A DNA stretch of 63,594 nucleotides, filler included, from Intoshia linei (GCA_001642005.1; 4 parts of 4 records of this genome joined end to end with filler, not necessarily neighbours in it), one strand, 5' to 3'. Positions 40,565 through 57,114 are shown, numbered from the whole stretch's first letter. Numbers and translations are program-made. Notes: a model not told the origin generated them from the sequence alone.

Positions 40565-41314
40565 AATTTGTAAATTTCAATCTAGATTCGTGTTATTTCA
40601 TTAATTAAATTTCTTTTTATTTCTAAAATTAATTAAGGTCTCTAAAATTTTTATTTTTCTCGGGAAATTTAATTTTTAATTTCCCGGTTCTCGACTTTTG
40701 TCATTTCATTCCATCACGACTGACATTGAATAAAAAATATAATTCTTAGTATTTTTTGTTTTATAAAGTAAATTTGCATATTATGTTATTGTATTTCAAA
40801 CTAATTATTCATCAAATTTAATGATTATGTAAAATAAATATGTAAACTTAAAATAAATTATATTTTGAAAATTCATTGATGAAACCGCGGTCTGTTGATT
40901 ACCATAAATTATTCCATCCATTGCAATGCATTTATGGGCGATAATTTTTTTATTGCAGCAAGGTAATTCGCAAAAAAAGCTAAGCAATGGATAAATGAAA
41001 CCAAATATTTTTTAATTTGTATATAGTCCACGTATAGTGTATGTGTATATGTGTACAGTCCACGGTTGGTTAAACCTAATAATTTGCAACACTTTATAAT
41101 TTTTTATAAAATAATCTGAATTAGATTTGATACATTTATTTCTAAACTGATTTACGTCGGTGGTTTTAACACTTTAAATCATACGGACCCCTCTTTCACC
41201 AAAAACGTTTAGCGGACCCTTTAATATTTTTAAAGACCAAACATTTAAATGGTTTCAATTGTTTTGTAAATGGATTTTATTTTTTAACAGATAAAAAAAG
41301 TAAATACAATGTAC

Positions 41315-44300
41315 CAAATTTGTATTTAAATAGTCTATGCGCCCATTCAACTCTACAGATTTAATATTTGCGAAAGGAAGACCCACAATAATAATGCATC
41401 TAAATTAAAATTTTAATATTATAATTATTATTAATATGACCCGTTTCTCAAAAACTCTCAAACGTTCAGACAACCTTAATAAAATACAATAGACCGTAAA
41501 TAAAAAGTGACGCAATTTTGTATATCCTTATAAAATAACTGAATTTAAGAATAGTTCAAAAGAGTTTAAAAAATTTTTAAATTTGTAAAAAAGTTGAAAA
41601 AAAATAAATTTGGATTTTTGGTACGACGAGGTTTTGGTTTACAAAGAGCAAAACTTTGAAAATCCTTGATATTCAAAACCACTCCATAATACATGTATTC
41701 AAAAATTTGACTTTAAACCAATTATATATTCCAGATCACAAACCTTGCCAAATTGTCGGAAAAATTGATACCTTCGCTCATCTTACCACCCATTACACAA
41801 AATAATACTGCTCCTTTTTTAGGGTTCTAAAAATAAAAGTAAATAAAAATGAAATGAAAATATTACGCCATCAATATAATTAGAATAACGTCTCCAAATC
41901 ATAACATTCTCACTAGAATTTTTAGATTCACATAACATCTACAAATAAAATAACTAAATGTATAATGACCATTAGATAAATGTACATGTTTATAATGTTC
42001 AATTTTCTGTTTTTGATCCGTTGAAACTTTGAAAACTTTTTCTAGAAAAGAATATGACGAAAAAAATACAACACAGCCACCTGGCACCCATTTTACGATT
42101 TCATAAATTGAATTATATAAATCTTCAATCTAGATTTAAACAGTATTAAAATGTTCGATGTAAAAAAATTGAAACAAATTGAAACAAACCATATATGAAT
42201 ATCTCTTATCGTGTCTAGATTTGTAGTTAAATTCAAAATTCCTTTGATTAACACTTTTAGGTACCACGAGACAGCAAACATTTTTTGGATCTACAACATG
42301 ATCACATGTATATTGGACAATTTTTGAAGGTAAGACATCATTTTTTAAGAGCAATTCATTTTTAATATCATGGCATGGGTTCATGGTTCCACCACAAAAA
42401 ATTATTGAACGACACTCTTTTACAATTTTTTCAAATTTTGACGTGGGACTCAATATTATATATTTAATGTTGCTTTCGCTAACATCATCTAAATAAACTA
42501 AAATTGTAGATAAATCCATTGAAAGTGATCTCATATTGAGAAGAAATGAATAGACTAAAAACTGAACATGTTTAAAAATTACCAAATTTCGCTACAATAA
42601 CACGAGAATTATTGTCACATTCACAAATTGATTCAATAAAATTTTTAATTGTCATTATTGCATTGTTTTGGTTAACGTTAATTTTTTCATTAGCATCAAT
42701 TTCTGTATTTTTTGATTTTTCAACATTGAATCCTAAAATCTAAAATAATTTGTAATGAATGTAGTTTAATTTAATTGCGCCATTTTATATAAATGCAACA
42801 GGTAATATTAATTGTGATTTAATTTACCATGATAATTATTTATTGGCGGGATTTTTTATTTATTAAAATACAGGCAATATTTTCATCAGTATACGAGAAT
42901 ACATTTTAATTTACAAAAATTTTAAAGTATGTTAACAAATGGGATTTTAATCACATACAATTTGTAGTAATTTTTTGTAATATATAGTAAATATTATAGA
43001 GCAGGGATGGGCAACTTTCTGTGATAGCGGACCGTACAAAAACAATTTAAGAATTTAAAGAATTTTTTTTGTACCTTTATTTATTATAAATTTTTATGCG
43101 ATGATTAATGCTTTTTAATATTTAACATTAAAATCTTGTCTATATCCAATTTCATAGATGTTGATGATAGAAGTAAAACATAATTTAAGTGTTCATCAGT
43201 CATTAGTTCTTAATTTATTTTTGATATATTTAATTTTTGAGTATAAATATAATGATTCGCAATATTTTTAAAAAAAATGGTAATCTGGTGTTTTGATTAT
43301 GAAAATGCAATTTTTTGAGGTTGTCATTTATGATAATGCTTATGATTTTAAAACCTATCCCGGAATTTATGTTTTATAAAATTTTAGGACATGTTTCATT
43401 AAAAAAAAGTTAATTTATGGTTTTCACCATGAAGGTGTGCGTTTATGATGCTGAAATTCACGAAATTGTTAATGAGTTTACAACGTGTCCCCGAATGTAT
43501 GTCTTATTACATTTGTGGACTGATTGGGGTTTATTTTATTTTTAAACAAAATGGCAAATTGGATTTTAGTCCTTGAACAACTCAAATTCTGAATGTGAAA
43601 AATAGATATAAACATCCACTGCGAAAAACCATATTAGAAATTTGGTTTTTTAAATTCAATTTTTATAACAAAAATTATTTCGGGCGGATCCGGCCCTCGG
43701 TTCGTATGTGCTGAGCCGTTATAGAGGATTCCTAGTTGGAAACGTACACATTCTTAGGGATATACTAGTATAGATTCTTGATTAATCGGAAAACTGAAAA
43801 TTTCACATCAAATTAGTGAATTCCTATTGAAATTTTTCAAAAAATGAAAATGTTTGTTCCCTTTGATACATACATGTATATCTCGCAATATCATAGGGTG
43901 GTTCGTCAAATTTGTCGAACAGTGAGTTACTAGGTGTTTAAAAATGAAAACTAAATAATAACCTTTCTACAAATGTTGGAATCATTCATAAATTTGACTA
44001 AATCAAACAAATTGAAATTATTCACTTTTGCATTCATCAAAAATTCCGACACTTGCATCAAATTTGTACTAGTCTCTAACAAAACAAATATACTTTTACT
44101 TTAAATTTAACCATTTAATAGTTAATATATAATGTACTTACTAATTAATATAATAATTAATAAATAATAATAAAAACTATAGTAAACTAGTTATAATAAT
44201 ATATTTGTTTTTGAACCCTGACTTTTTTAATTAAGACCGGTATATAAAATTGGCTCATGAGAATCATCATTATCAATCATTACTTATGATTATTATAGTT

Positions 44301-47300
44301 ACATTTAATTTTTTGGACAAAACTTTTAAAATAACTTTCATTACTTAGAAACTGACTTTTCAACAATCTTAATGGTTTAGCGACCACTTATGTATATGAG
44401 CCATTCTCTAGCAAATAAAATATAAATATTTCAATTTAAGTGACCTACAGGAAATAATATCCAAGACTCATACTCATAGATAGATTTATAATGCGCGTAA
44501 CAGCGTGCCACATAGATATTTGCACTATTTTACATATAAGTACATAATTGTAAATACTCAAACATTTACAGTTAAAAACCGTAACGGCGTTATGCACAAA
44601 AAAGATGATAACATTTAAAAATCTGTTTTTTGATGATTCTTGTGAATATTTCATTAATTGAGGTTTTGTAATAGATTGAATAGTAAGATAAAAACGTAAT
44701 TAACAAATATTTCCGAAATTCAAAAAAATCTATTTTTGTAATTAGACTATAAATTCGATTCAAAATACACATAAAATGTTACGGCGTTACGAATTAAACT
44801 TATTATTTACGTTATACATTTATGATATTAATAAATTGTAAATTATAACCGCAAAACGGGCTTCACCTCTATGTTTTGATAAATTAACACTTTAATTAAA
44901 ATTAATATAAGTATAATTATATAATTCTATTTAACACAAATAATTATATATTTTAATAATTAACTCATGTATTTAAATTCCAACCACATTATGTTTACGC
45001 ACATTCGATATAGTTTAATTTTCTGAACATTACCACGTACTGTTATTACTTTTTTAGTCAACATTGCGTACTTATGATGCATTCCTTTTGAGAATGTATT
45101 TTAGTATATATTATATTTTATTTTTTCATGTCATAATATCGTAAGAGAGCCTTAATATTAAATTTTCTATAATAATTTTGTAATATTCTGAAAATATACG
45201 AATCAAACTAACAAACATAAAAATAATATATGGTAGGATATAATTTAAATATATTGTTTTTTTAATTTATGACAGAGAATAGCTCATATAACTATTTATT
45301 CATCTTACAAATTAAAATAAGTTAATTTTATATTTTTATCTAATGGTTGACTTATTATAAAAACCTTTATTTTCCAAATATCTTCTAAAACCTTTAATCA
45401 CATTGATTAATTGTTGAACATGCAAATGATTAGCTGGATTAAAACGTCCTTCATATTTATCAAAATATAATTCCAGTTGTCTTTGACCACTCAAAAGCTA
45501 ATTTAAAATGTTATACGATATGAATAATATTAATTTAATATAAACATTAAATATAATTTACTATCGATAGTGTAATTCTTAAAAACTTTTTGACTTAATC
45601 TATCCAAGTTAAAGCCTATGGCCAGTGTCAAACCGACTCTACCGATACCTCTTTAGGGAACTCGACGAAATTTTTATAAAATGGGCCCTCATTTTTCCAA
45701 ATTGAGCATTAAAAATTATCATAATTATACATATAAATTTAATATATATAATAATTCAATAATTATAATTATTGAATATCATTAATATTTTTGCGTATTC
45801 AATTTTGAATTTTACACCAAGTTTGAGAAAAATTTTTTTGGGGGCTATTTTTCATCTTTGGGTGAAATCGAGCTTGGTAGGTTCGGCTCTACATATGGTG
45901 ATATGTTAAATATACCGTGTTATTCAAAAATTTTGTATAATTTTTATAAAATTAAACGTATAATTATACCATAGTATATCCAAGATTGATGCTATAAGCA
46001 TTTAATATTGCATCAATAATATTGTGAGCTTCATCAAAAATAACGACGGAATTATTCAAATTTATTTTTATTGATTCACGTGTTTTATCATGTAACAAAT
46101 TATTATAACTCATCACTACAACCTAAATTTCTTATTATAAAACGGAATGCAAAAACAGAAAGCATCTCAATAATGAACTGTAATATTAGAATAGGCTGAT
46201 TTAACGTACGACTTACGGTAAATAAATATAAATTAAATTTTTTGATGATCATTAAAATTGTATTGGATCAGCTGCTGATAAAAAAGTTTTAGAATTTTAA
46301 CAAACAGAAATCTGTCAAATTTTTGATGGGACAAAAATTTGAAACTTTTGACCTGGTTTATGGCCATTTGCCATAATGTCATTTCCATTTTTTCTTAGAT
46401 CAAGATTTCCAAATTTTTATTTTGAGGACCCCGGATTATTCAGTAACATAAAAAATACATCAACATTATCCAATGCCTTGCGAGTTGAGTAATATGGACA
46501 AATGTTTGATTCCTTTCCAGTCTTAATCAATTCAGTCACATTCATAATTTTATTCTAAAGTCAATAATTACAAATCACAAGGAAAATTAAAATCACCCGT
46601 ATAATTTCAGACATATAATCCAGATTTTTCATGAATTTACAAGCTTTAGATTTTTTATCTATAAAATAATGATACAATCAAATGGATATAATTATAATTA
46701 TATGGAAAAACGGTCATCCAATATAAACGTAATCTGAAAATGAAAAAACCCAAAAATAATACGACCTCATAGCACAGAATATTTATAATCTCTACACTGG
46801 GTTTCATTAGGTGATGTCATCACTGTTAAATACCATGCTGTAATGCCGAACCTGGATATTCAACATTTTTATGAAAATAAAAAAAATTGGATGTAACTTA
46901 TAAAAAATATACTCTTTTCATTTAGCAACAAGCATTTCTCATTAATAATTTGATGGTTTGAAATTTTGGATATCTTCGGATGAATGCATAAGTGTTGACG
47001 ACTTCCGAGAACTGTCAATGAAATTTTTAAATTAGTTTTTTCTATTTCTTGTATAAATTGATTTATTTGACTATGCGTACGTGTGCAATAAAAAATCTAC
47101 AATAAAATAAAAGAACTGCAATATGTATAATAATTATTATAATAAATAAATTTTACAATAATATGTAATACAGTTTTATTAGAGGCCTGTAACCCGTTGT
47201 AAAGTTGAGAATCACTTACATATATGTAGGTTAGTATTAACATCTAAAAACTTTAACTGATAAACAAAAGTAGCGTCGTTGTATCAAAAAGATAAGAAAC

Positions 47301-48934
47301 AATGTAAAAAATAGTATATATAAATATATGAACAAATTTAGTAGAACACTATTCAATCTATATTAAAAATTTTCAATCAATTTGATGGATCTTTGTTATT
47401 ATATAAGTGGGGTCAAGATTTTTCACTTTAGAAAGTAACACAATTCCCAAAAAAATTACGGACCGTACAAAATTTTACTTAGTTTCTAGGGTCCTGATAT
47501 TACTGTTTTAAATTTTACATTATATAATTTATATTGAAGATTTTACCTGATTTCTATTACGCTTCACCGTTTTATCTTCATTATCTTTATTCTTATCATA
47601 TAGCTTAGAAGCGAGTTCTTGGTAGTCATTTTCAATCATAAAATCTTCCAATGTATCATTCTAAAAATATTATACAAATCAGATTCAGCTGAATTCTCTG
47701 TGACATAAGAAAAAAACTGGACAATTCATATTTTAATACGCAAAATATTTCATAATATCAATTAAGAAAATTTTTAGTCTTAGAAAGGGTCATAGCTTCG
47801 AAAAGGTTGTGAAACCTTTTTAATTATCTTAGAAAATGTCTTGAAAATAACTATTTTCATAATAAGATTACTGGTTCCAAAAGTTTTGCCTTTTTACTTT
47901 TTGGTGAAAAGTGTTTAATTTTCTAGGTTTTAAATATAAATACTTTAAAACCATTTTTCTAGAATCTAGATTCTAGATCGATACCTCATGTTTATCATTT
48001 ATATGGTTTAATGTTTCCAATTCATCCTAAATTTAGAAAATAAAAATTTTTACGCATTTTATTGTTGATGTATTACTTTACTTTAGGTGTTTTAGTTGAA
48101 AAAGTTTTACTAAATTTACCTTTAAAACATTTATATAGTTTTCATATTTTTCATTATTAAGTTGCTGGTTCAACCAATCATGTTGTTCATTATTTGAGAG
48201 ACTTAATATTTGATAAAATGTACATAAATATAACCTTTTTATCTGATCAATTGAATTTTCGATTTGCTTTGTTCTGCGTATTAAATCATGCTGATACCAA
48301 CGAATGCAAGAACAAATAATACTTAATGTTTTTCCCTAAAAACATAAATAAATATCAGGGTTGACAACAATTTTCATTTCAAGTATTCAAAATTAAATAT
48401 TCAAATTAAGAATTCAAAGACACACATAAAGCCACTAGGACAAATGTGGCCAAATTAATTGACATTTACATCTGGGTCTATAGAAAATACTTAGGGTCAG
48501 AAAAATTTTAATTTCTTAAAAATGTAAGGTTTAGTCAAATATATGTTTAACATGATTACAAATTATTTGTTAATGAGGTTAACAATAGAGTAATGTGTAA
48601 TGTGATATAGGAAATGTATACGACGGAAAAAGTTTGACGACAACTGCATCTTTTGTTTCATTTAAAATAATATTAATAAATTTCTAGGAAGGGTGTAAAT
48701 GTTAATGTGTGTTATTATAAAATTAAATAAACCGTTCCAGTGGGACTTTCAAAAATTCCAATATTTCCATTCTCTATAGTTTCGTATAATGACTTCATCA
48801 ATTTCTATAACAATAATGATTAATTAAAAATTTTAAGAAAATAAAAATGATTTCACCAATTGTATAGAATATGGTTTAAAAGGAAATTCAAAATCCTTTG
48901 GCGTGCTGAGTATTATTTTGTTTGCTTTTTTAAT
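41315..48934 (-). CDS. DDX11: ATP-dependent Fe-S DNA helicase DDX11/ChlR1; start exon and motif VI exon not located
   Basis: [20 protein letters not shown]|[87 protein letters not shown]|[11 protein letters not shown]. All four Fe-S cysteines are present. Confidence 0.94.
43002..43718. mobile_element. hAT (Buster-like) MITE in a DDX11 intron
   Basis: CAGGGATGGGCAAC start, degenerate right TIR, perfect TSD TTATAGAG on both sides. Confidence 0.7.
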
Positions 48935-48977
48935 CTAAAAAAATAAATTATTTTAACTAAAAATGTAATGTATAAAT

Positions 48978-49832
48978 CAGGGTGGTCCTATCACATGGCG
49001 AGTCAGGGCCAAAAAATAAATTTTACAAATTTCGTGGGCAGCAACATTAAAAAAATTTTACACCATTATTTCATCATTCCTTCCATCTTAGTTTTTTCTA
49101 TTACTCCAATTTAAAAAGAATTTTTTCCCCTTGCTTATTTATTAAAGTTTTTTTATTATATACCTGTTTTATAAAATATATTACGAAAAAATTTCGGGCC
49201 ACGCTTTGGACAACCCTGGTATAAACGATAGAAACATTTACAATATATTAGTTGCCTTAAATTGATATACATTGTATATATCAGGGGTTTTCACATTTAT
49301 TTCACGGCAGATCGGTAACAAATTAAAAAATTTAGTGAAATTACTGGCCAGCCTAAAAAAAATTTGATAAAAAACATAATAAATTGACTTTTAATAATAA
49401 ATTAAAATTTTTTCACATCAGTACTGGTCTGCGGGCCGGCATTTGAGAAACGTTTGTATATATCAGGGGTGTCCAACCTTTTTTTGATGCTATCGACTAA
49501 TAAATTGACTAGAAAAATGTTTCTGATCAATATTTCAAAAAAATCGCCTTGCGAAATCCAATAAAAAATGTTAAACTAAATATTTTTAGTGCTATCATAG
49601 AAATCATAAAAATTAAAATTCAGAATAATTCCAAGCACTTTAGCTGTATATTTGAAAATTATCGTCAAAACATAGTTTAAGAAATAGTGGACTAATTTAT
49701 TTATTAGATAACGATTTAAACAAGTTATATGATGTAACTTACATCGCATTTATTGAAATGTATACAAACTTTAACAATATTAAAATAAAAAATTAATTCT
49801 AATTTTGGCGATCGACAGGTTGAGCATCCCTG
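48978..49832. mobile_element. Three adjacent Buster-like MITEs (48978-49218, 49282-49455, 49463-49832)
   Basis: CAGGGTGGTCC/GGACAACCCTG with TSD gtataaat/gtataaac; CAGGGGTTTTCA/TGAGAAACGTTTG; CAGGGGTGTCCAACC/GGTTGAGCATCCCTG. Confidence 0.7.
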
Positions 49833-50401
49833 CTATATAGCATTGCAATGTATTGTGAAAAAAATTATCACAATCCAAAGTCAGTGATTTTAAACCTTTT
49901 TTGGGTGTGGACAGTGCACCCATTATAATGGGTGCACTAACCAATAATATAATAATTAATTAATATAGTAATTTTAATTATTTGTAAAATCAATTGATCA
50001 CCGTCGTGGATAATAAATTTTGTTGATACCTTATAATGTTAAAAAAAATTCACTACCAATAAATAAAAAAAGTTAAAACGCTGCAAATAGTTATAACAAT
50101 CCATAAAAGCGTTTCGTTAGTGTCATTAATTAAATTATTATAAATATATAAATTATACTTTCTAGTGACTTTTAATTTAATTTAAAATTAACTGTATCAA
50201 TTAATTTATCAACGTAATCAATAAAACAGAAAAATAGCTCCGTGTACCCAAAAAAATCCATTATTCATACCTGGTTAAGAACCACTGTCTTAAGGTAGCA
50301 CCGAAATAATCGAATTCGAAGAACCATTAATATTGAAATATTACCATGGTGTTTTGTACATTATTTTTTTGTGATTTCTCATTGAGAAGTACCATTTTAA
50401 A

Positions 50402-50756
50402 TAGGTTTACCAACATTAAATTATTCTCAACCCGAATTTTTGAGCGAAGTGTGTTATTTAAAAAAAAAATTGGGCCCTCTTTTAATTTAGGGTCTCTTTT
50501 TCAAAAAATAATAACAGTTTACACACCATTTTTATTACAAATTTCAAAATGAATCTTAACACGGTATTTATAATTTTATGACATGTCATATTGAATTTTG
50601 TTTGTAATTCGCTTATTCATCCAATATAAATAAAATATGTCTGATCTGATGATTTTAATTGAAATAATTAAATTACCCTGAGAAATATCACCTAACCCTG
50701 AGTTAAATTTGAAAACCCGAAGTCTCAGGAAGAAAATAACAAAGTTGGCAACTCTA
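50402..50756. mobile_element. hAT (Tip100-like) MITE, inverted sister copy of 54473-54948
   Basis: TAGGTTTACCAAC / GTTGGCAACTCTA; perfect TSD ATTTTAAA. Confidence 0.8.
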
Positions 50757-51362
50757 ATTTTAAAGTAATTAAATTTAATAATAAGAATATATAATTACAG
50801 TTTCAAATTCATTTTCATTAGAGCAAGAATTATGCGATTCATCAAACATGGAGTCCAATGAATCAATACTCATAATATTATTCGCTTTCGCTGGCGACAA
50901 AATTTAAATTCAATTTAACATTTTAGTATGATCAAATTTAAAAATCACCATTACTACATGTATATGTAATTTTTATTACCCAATTTGGACAACCCAAAAA
51001 GAATGTAACAACAGTATTGGAATTTTCAATTTGGAAAAAATCAAATGGTAGGTAAAATCACAGCATCGGTTTATAATATTTTAATTAAAATTGCTCGTGA
51101 CCCTAAGTATTTTCTATACCCAAATAATGGTTTCTGTAAAGATTTTTTTATGGGGCCGCGTAATAAATTTTTTTCAATTTTAGGTCCGCCAATGAAATTA
51201 AGTCTGATACCTGATATATAGACAATAAATTAATGTTTTTGAAGAAAATTAGAGTATTCATTTAGTAGTTAAATTTAAATTCAACCAGTGCAAAGGTTTA
51301 TTTAGGTTAAGACACAACTTTATATCAAAACACATGAAACATTTAATTTACAATATATAAAT

Positions 51363-53193
<1,831 letters not shown>

Positions 53194-53569
53194 ATTCGAA
53201 AATTTAAAATATTAAACACGATATATGACGATAATAAATTTATAAACAAGGAATCAAATGTTTATTGGTATTGTTTAAACTGAAATACTTAACAAAAATT
53301 AAAAAAATGTTCTAAAAATGGAACATTTTATTTAAAAACTTTTATTAATCCAATTTAACTACTATATTAACATTTTGTTTATCTATTAACATGTTTAAAT
53401 CACTATACAATTAATTTGTATTTGAACATTTCAAACTTTTGTATCAACAATTGAAGATACAACTATAGAAACAATACAACAGTGAACGATATTGCAAATT
53501 ATTCAATTTTTAAATGTATAAAATTGTAAAATTAGGTTAATTTAATTTTTTAGGGTGGAAGAAAAATTG
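53194..53569. promoter_or_regulatory. Probable bidirectional promoter region of RPS15/RNPS1
   Basis: Only 376 nt separate two divergent start codons; no specific motif identified. Confidence 0.5.
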
Positions 53570-56500
53570 ATGGATAAACGGAAAAAGTAATATTTATTAG
53601 TATAATTAGTTTGAAGTTTTTTCCGATATTTTCCGGCATTTTTAAGTATATTTTTAAATTTAGATATAAATCTGAATCGTCTAGATCCAGTTCTTCAAAT
53701 TCATCTCAATCGTCATCTAGTTACTCATCATCATCTCGATCTAATCGAAAAAGAAGGTTTGATATTTATACATTGTTATATTTATTTTTCTAGTGCTTCC
53801 AAATCTCGTAATGATAAGAAACCTGAAACTTGCTTAAAGATGCGAGTTAAAAATTTAACAAGAAATGTAAATAAAAATCATGTCAATGAAATATTTTGTG
53901 TTTATGGTGAAATTAAAAGAATTGATCTGCAATCAAATCGTATGCATCCAGAATTTAATGATGGTTCATGTGTTATCGAATATGCAAAAGAAGAATATGT
54001 TAAGAAGGCTGTTAAAATGATGGATTGTGGTTTTTTATTTTTTTCATTGATAATATTGTCTGTTAATGTTAGTAACGTTTGTTGAACGTATCTAGGATCG
54101 TTTAATACTTAATTTTTATTTATAACAAGAGGTCATTTGGGTTGTTCACCCTGAAGTACTCAATTTCTGAATAAGAAATTTTAAATTCTAGGACTTGACA
54201 AATTTTTTAATTAATAAAAAATTGTAAATTACAACACATATATACATTATACACAATTACAATACACTGTTCAATAAAATGGAACATTGTTTTGACGTAC
54301 AGGTTATTTTTGTTTACACCGATAGATAAATTGAAAAAAGTAAACATTTTGATAGATTACTTTAATAATTATGGCGCCGTATTGTCCCCATATCAAAAAA
54401 ATTAATTATATCATATATCGTTATATATAATAAACGACTAATGAACACATTTCCATGATTTTGAGCATTATCCAGGGTTGCCAACTGCGTTATTTTTTCA
54501 CTGAGAATTCGGGTTTTCAAATTCAACTCAGGGTTAAGTGATATTTCTAAGGGTAATTTAATTATTTCAATCAAAATCATCAGATTAGACATATTTTGTT
54601 TATATTCTATAATTTTTTTCTCCATTGTGAAAGATTCTTAGTTTTAGCAGTTAATTTTATTCCATTACTTAGTGACACCCATATTTTGTTTTTTTTCTAA
54701 AGTATTTATCATTAAGTCATTTTGAAATGTGCTATTTGTTATGAAAAATTTAAAGTATTCATTTTGACATTTGCAATAAAAATTGTGTGTAAACTGTTAT
54801 TATTTTTTGAAAAAAAGACCCCAAATTAAAAGAGAGCCAATCTAAAAAATTGTTCGCTTACGGTGAAATTGCATAACACGCTGTACTTCACTATATGGCG
54901 ATTTGCTCAAAACTTCGGGTTGAGAATAACTTAATGTTGGTAACCATGGCATTATTCCATACCAAAACACGAATTTTTAATGAAAACCAGGAAAAAAGTG
55001 GCATGACTTACCTACACCATGTTTCCATGATGGCATAACCAGAATATATTATTTTAATATGTTAAAGAACAATCAGAAAGGAATACTTCAAATTGCAGTA
55101 GATTTTAAACCAGAATAATTTAAACTAACAATTACTTTACTATTATAATATTATTAGCAATAGATTTATAAAATATATAGTCAGTGGTTCCAGATTTGAA
55201 TAGTGAACGGACGCAGAGTCGTCTTAAGCCACTTCGTAGATCTGGGTTAAGCAAAGGACTGAAGGCCCTTTAAAGTTTTAAGCAAAGCAAAAAACCATGT
55301 GGAGCGAAGCGATAAAAAAAATTTATGGGCACTTTTTAGAAAACGGCATACGCTTGGTTGAAGACTTAGAGTCTTATTTCATTGAATATTAATAAAAGCA
55401 TTAAAAGATATGTAAGTTTCTAGTAATTTTTATTTTTTTTACAAAAACTTACTTTATAATGAACAAAGTTTACTTTTTGATTTGAAAATATGCATTATGC
55501 AGTCACAAAAAATTCTTCACAAATGTTGTTTTCACTGTTTTTCGCAGATAAATCGGATATGATATTATCAAAACTGATATCATTCTTATTGACATTAAGG
55601 AGAGCGCATTCAAACGAGGTTGATTTTGAAATTGGGCGCCTTTTTTATAAGATATAAATGTAAAGTACTTTTATTAATTTGGGGGCCTTTTTTAATGAGT
55701 GACCCGGGGCTACAGCCCATATTGCCCATGCCTTAAAACGGCTCTGAACGGACTACCATTTCAAAATATTTATATTTTTGAACCACAAAGGAAACATGAA
55801 CTAAATAATACAGATATGAAAAAAGTGAAGGGTTTTTTTCAAAAAAATATTAGAAAAAGGGGATTTTTTATTTTCGATTTTGGATTAGAAAGTTGTTGGC
55901 TCATATGATTTGGTAAATTTGTATTTTTAAAAAAAAAATATTGTAAAAAGAGTACATTTCGTTGAATTGAAGAAGCGTTGTTAAAATTGGATTTTTATTT
56001 TTTGGTTGGAATAAGAGGTTTTTCTGATGAGACTTGGTAAAAGTCGATTTTCCCCTGATGGTTTAAAATTGTATTTTTCATTAAATTTTATTACTCGTGA
56101 GATAAAAGTGGGATTTTAGAAATAATAATGTATCGATCTAGGCTTTAGGATAAATTCTCCTATAAAAATAAACAAAAATTTTTTTATATTGTATTGGAAT
56201 CTCACTGACTCCACGAATATAAGTTTGGACCCCAATCGGAAGCTACAGATGTAAGTAAAAGATTACATTTATATTATTGAATATTATTACTTATCTGTGT
56301 GTTAAATTTAAAATGTCAATTTCAGGCCCATGAAAAGGTATCTAGCGGATATATGGCATCAAGCATTGCTAAAAAAAATTTAGTACCTATTGTAATTTTC
56401 GAGTGATTTCAAGGATAGTTGGTTCGATTCTGTCTAAAATTGTGAAAAAATAATTTAATGGATGATATAATAACATTCATGCCCTTTAGTTTATTTGGAT

Positions 56501-57045
56501 GGAGAGCAACCCTTGTTATTTATAATTTATTTTTAAAATGCATACATTGTATATTGGATGTTGACTTCTGCATGTTTTTTAGCAGCTGAACATTTTTTAT
56601 AAAAGCATTTTTGGTGGTTGTATTAACCTGTACCTTTTAAATCTTGATCACCCTATTGTATATATTTAGGACAGATCGACGGACGAATAGTTTCGTGTTC
56701 TATTTTTAGACACTTGAGACCTATTGAACGTTCATCAATAAGCCCAAAAAGACGACTAACTAGATACAGAAGGAGGTACAACTTGTATACTTATGGTTTT
56801 AATTTATTTTTAGTCCCGTTCATATGAAACGTTCTCCTTATCGACCTAGTAATAATTATCGTCGTTCACGTTCTCGTTCCAGGTATGGAAACAGAAGGTT
56901 CCGACGAAACAGTAGATCCCGTTCCTTACGTCGTCGACGATATTCTTCTAGTTATACATCTACCTCATCTTCGAGTGTAAGTCGATCTAGATCCAACGTC
57001 AAGTCTCGTAGGATGAGAAAATATTCTACTTCAAAGAGCAAGTAA
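53570..57045 (+). CDS. RNPS1: RNA-binding protein with serine-rich domain 1 (EJC/ASAP complex), 5 coding exons
   Basis: Ser-rich N-terminus; RRM VKNLTRNVNKNHVNEIFCVYGEIK...RMHP...AVKMMDCG|QIDGR; RS-rich C-terminal exon ending TAA at 57045. Confidence 0.92.
54473..54948. mobile_element. hAT (Tip100-like) MITE in an RNPS1 intron
   Basis: CAGGGTTGCCAAC / GTTGGTAACCATG; TSD gcattatc / gcattatt. Confidence 0.8.
55214..55746. mobile_element. hAT MITE nested near the end of another MITE that starts ~55182
   Basis: CAGAGTCGTCTTAAG / CTTAAAACGGCTCTG; TSD aacggacg / aacggact. Confidence 0.75.
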
Positions 57046-57114
57046 CGAGTAACCTCAATTTATCGTTAGTTAATGTAATTTGTCAAATATTTTAATTAAA
57101 TTGAATATACAACA

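Noticed and set aside
47010-47060. Possible frameshift in a DDX11 exon at A/T runs
   Set aside because: Recounting gives a continuous frame, [22 protein letters not shown].
1683-48934. TONSL and DDX11 as a replication-fork repair gene cluster
   Set aside because: They are ~31 kb apart with unrelated genes between; chance proximity is sufficient.
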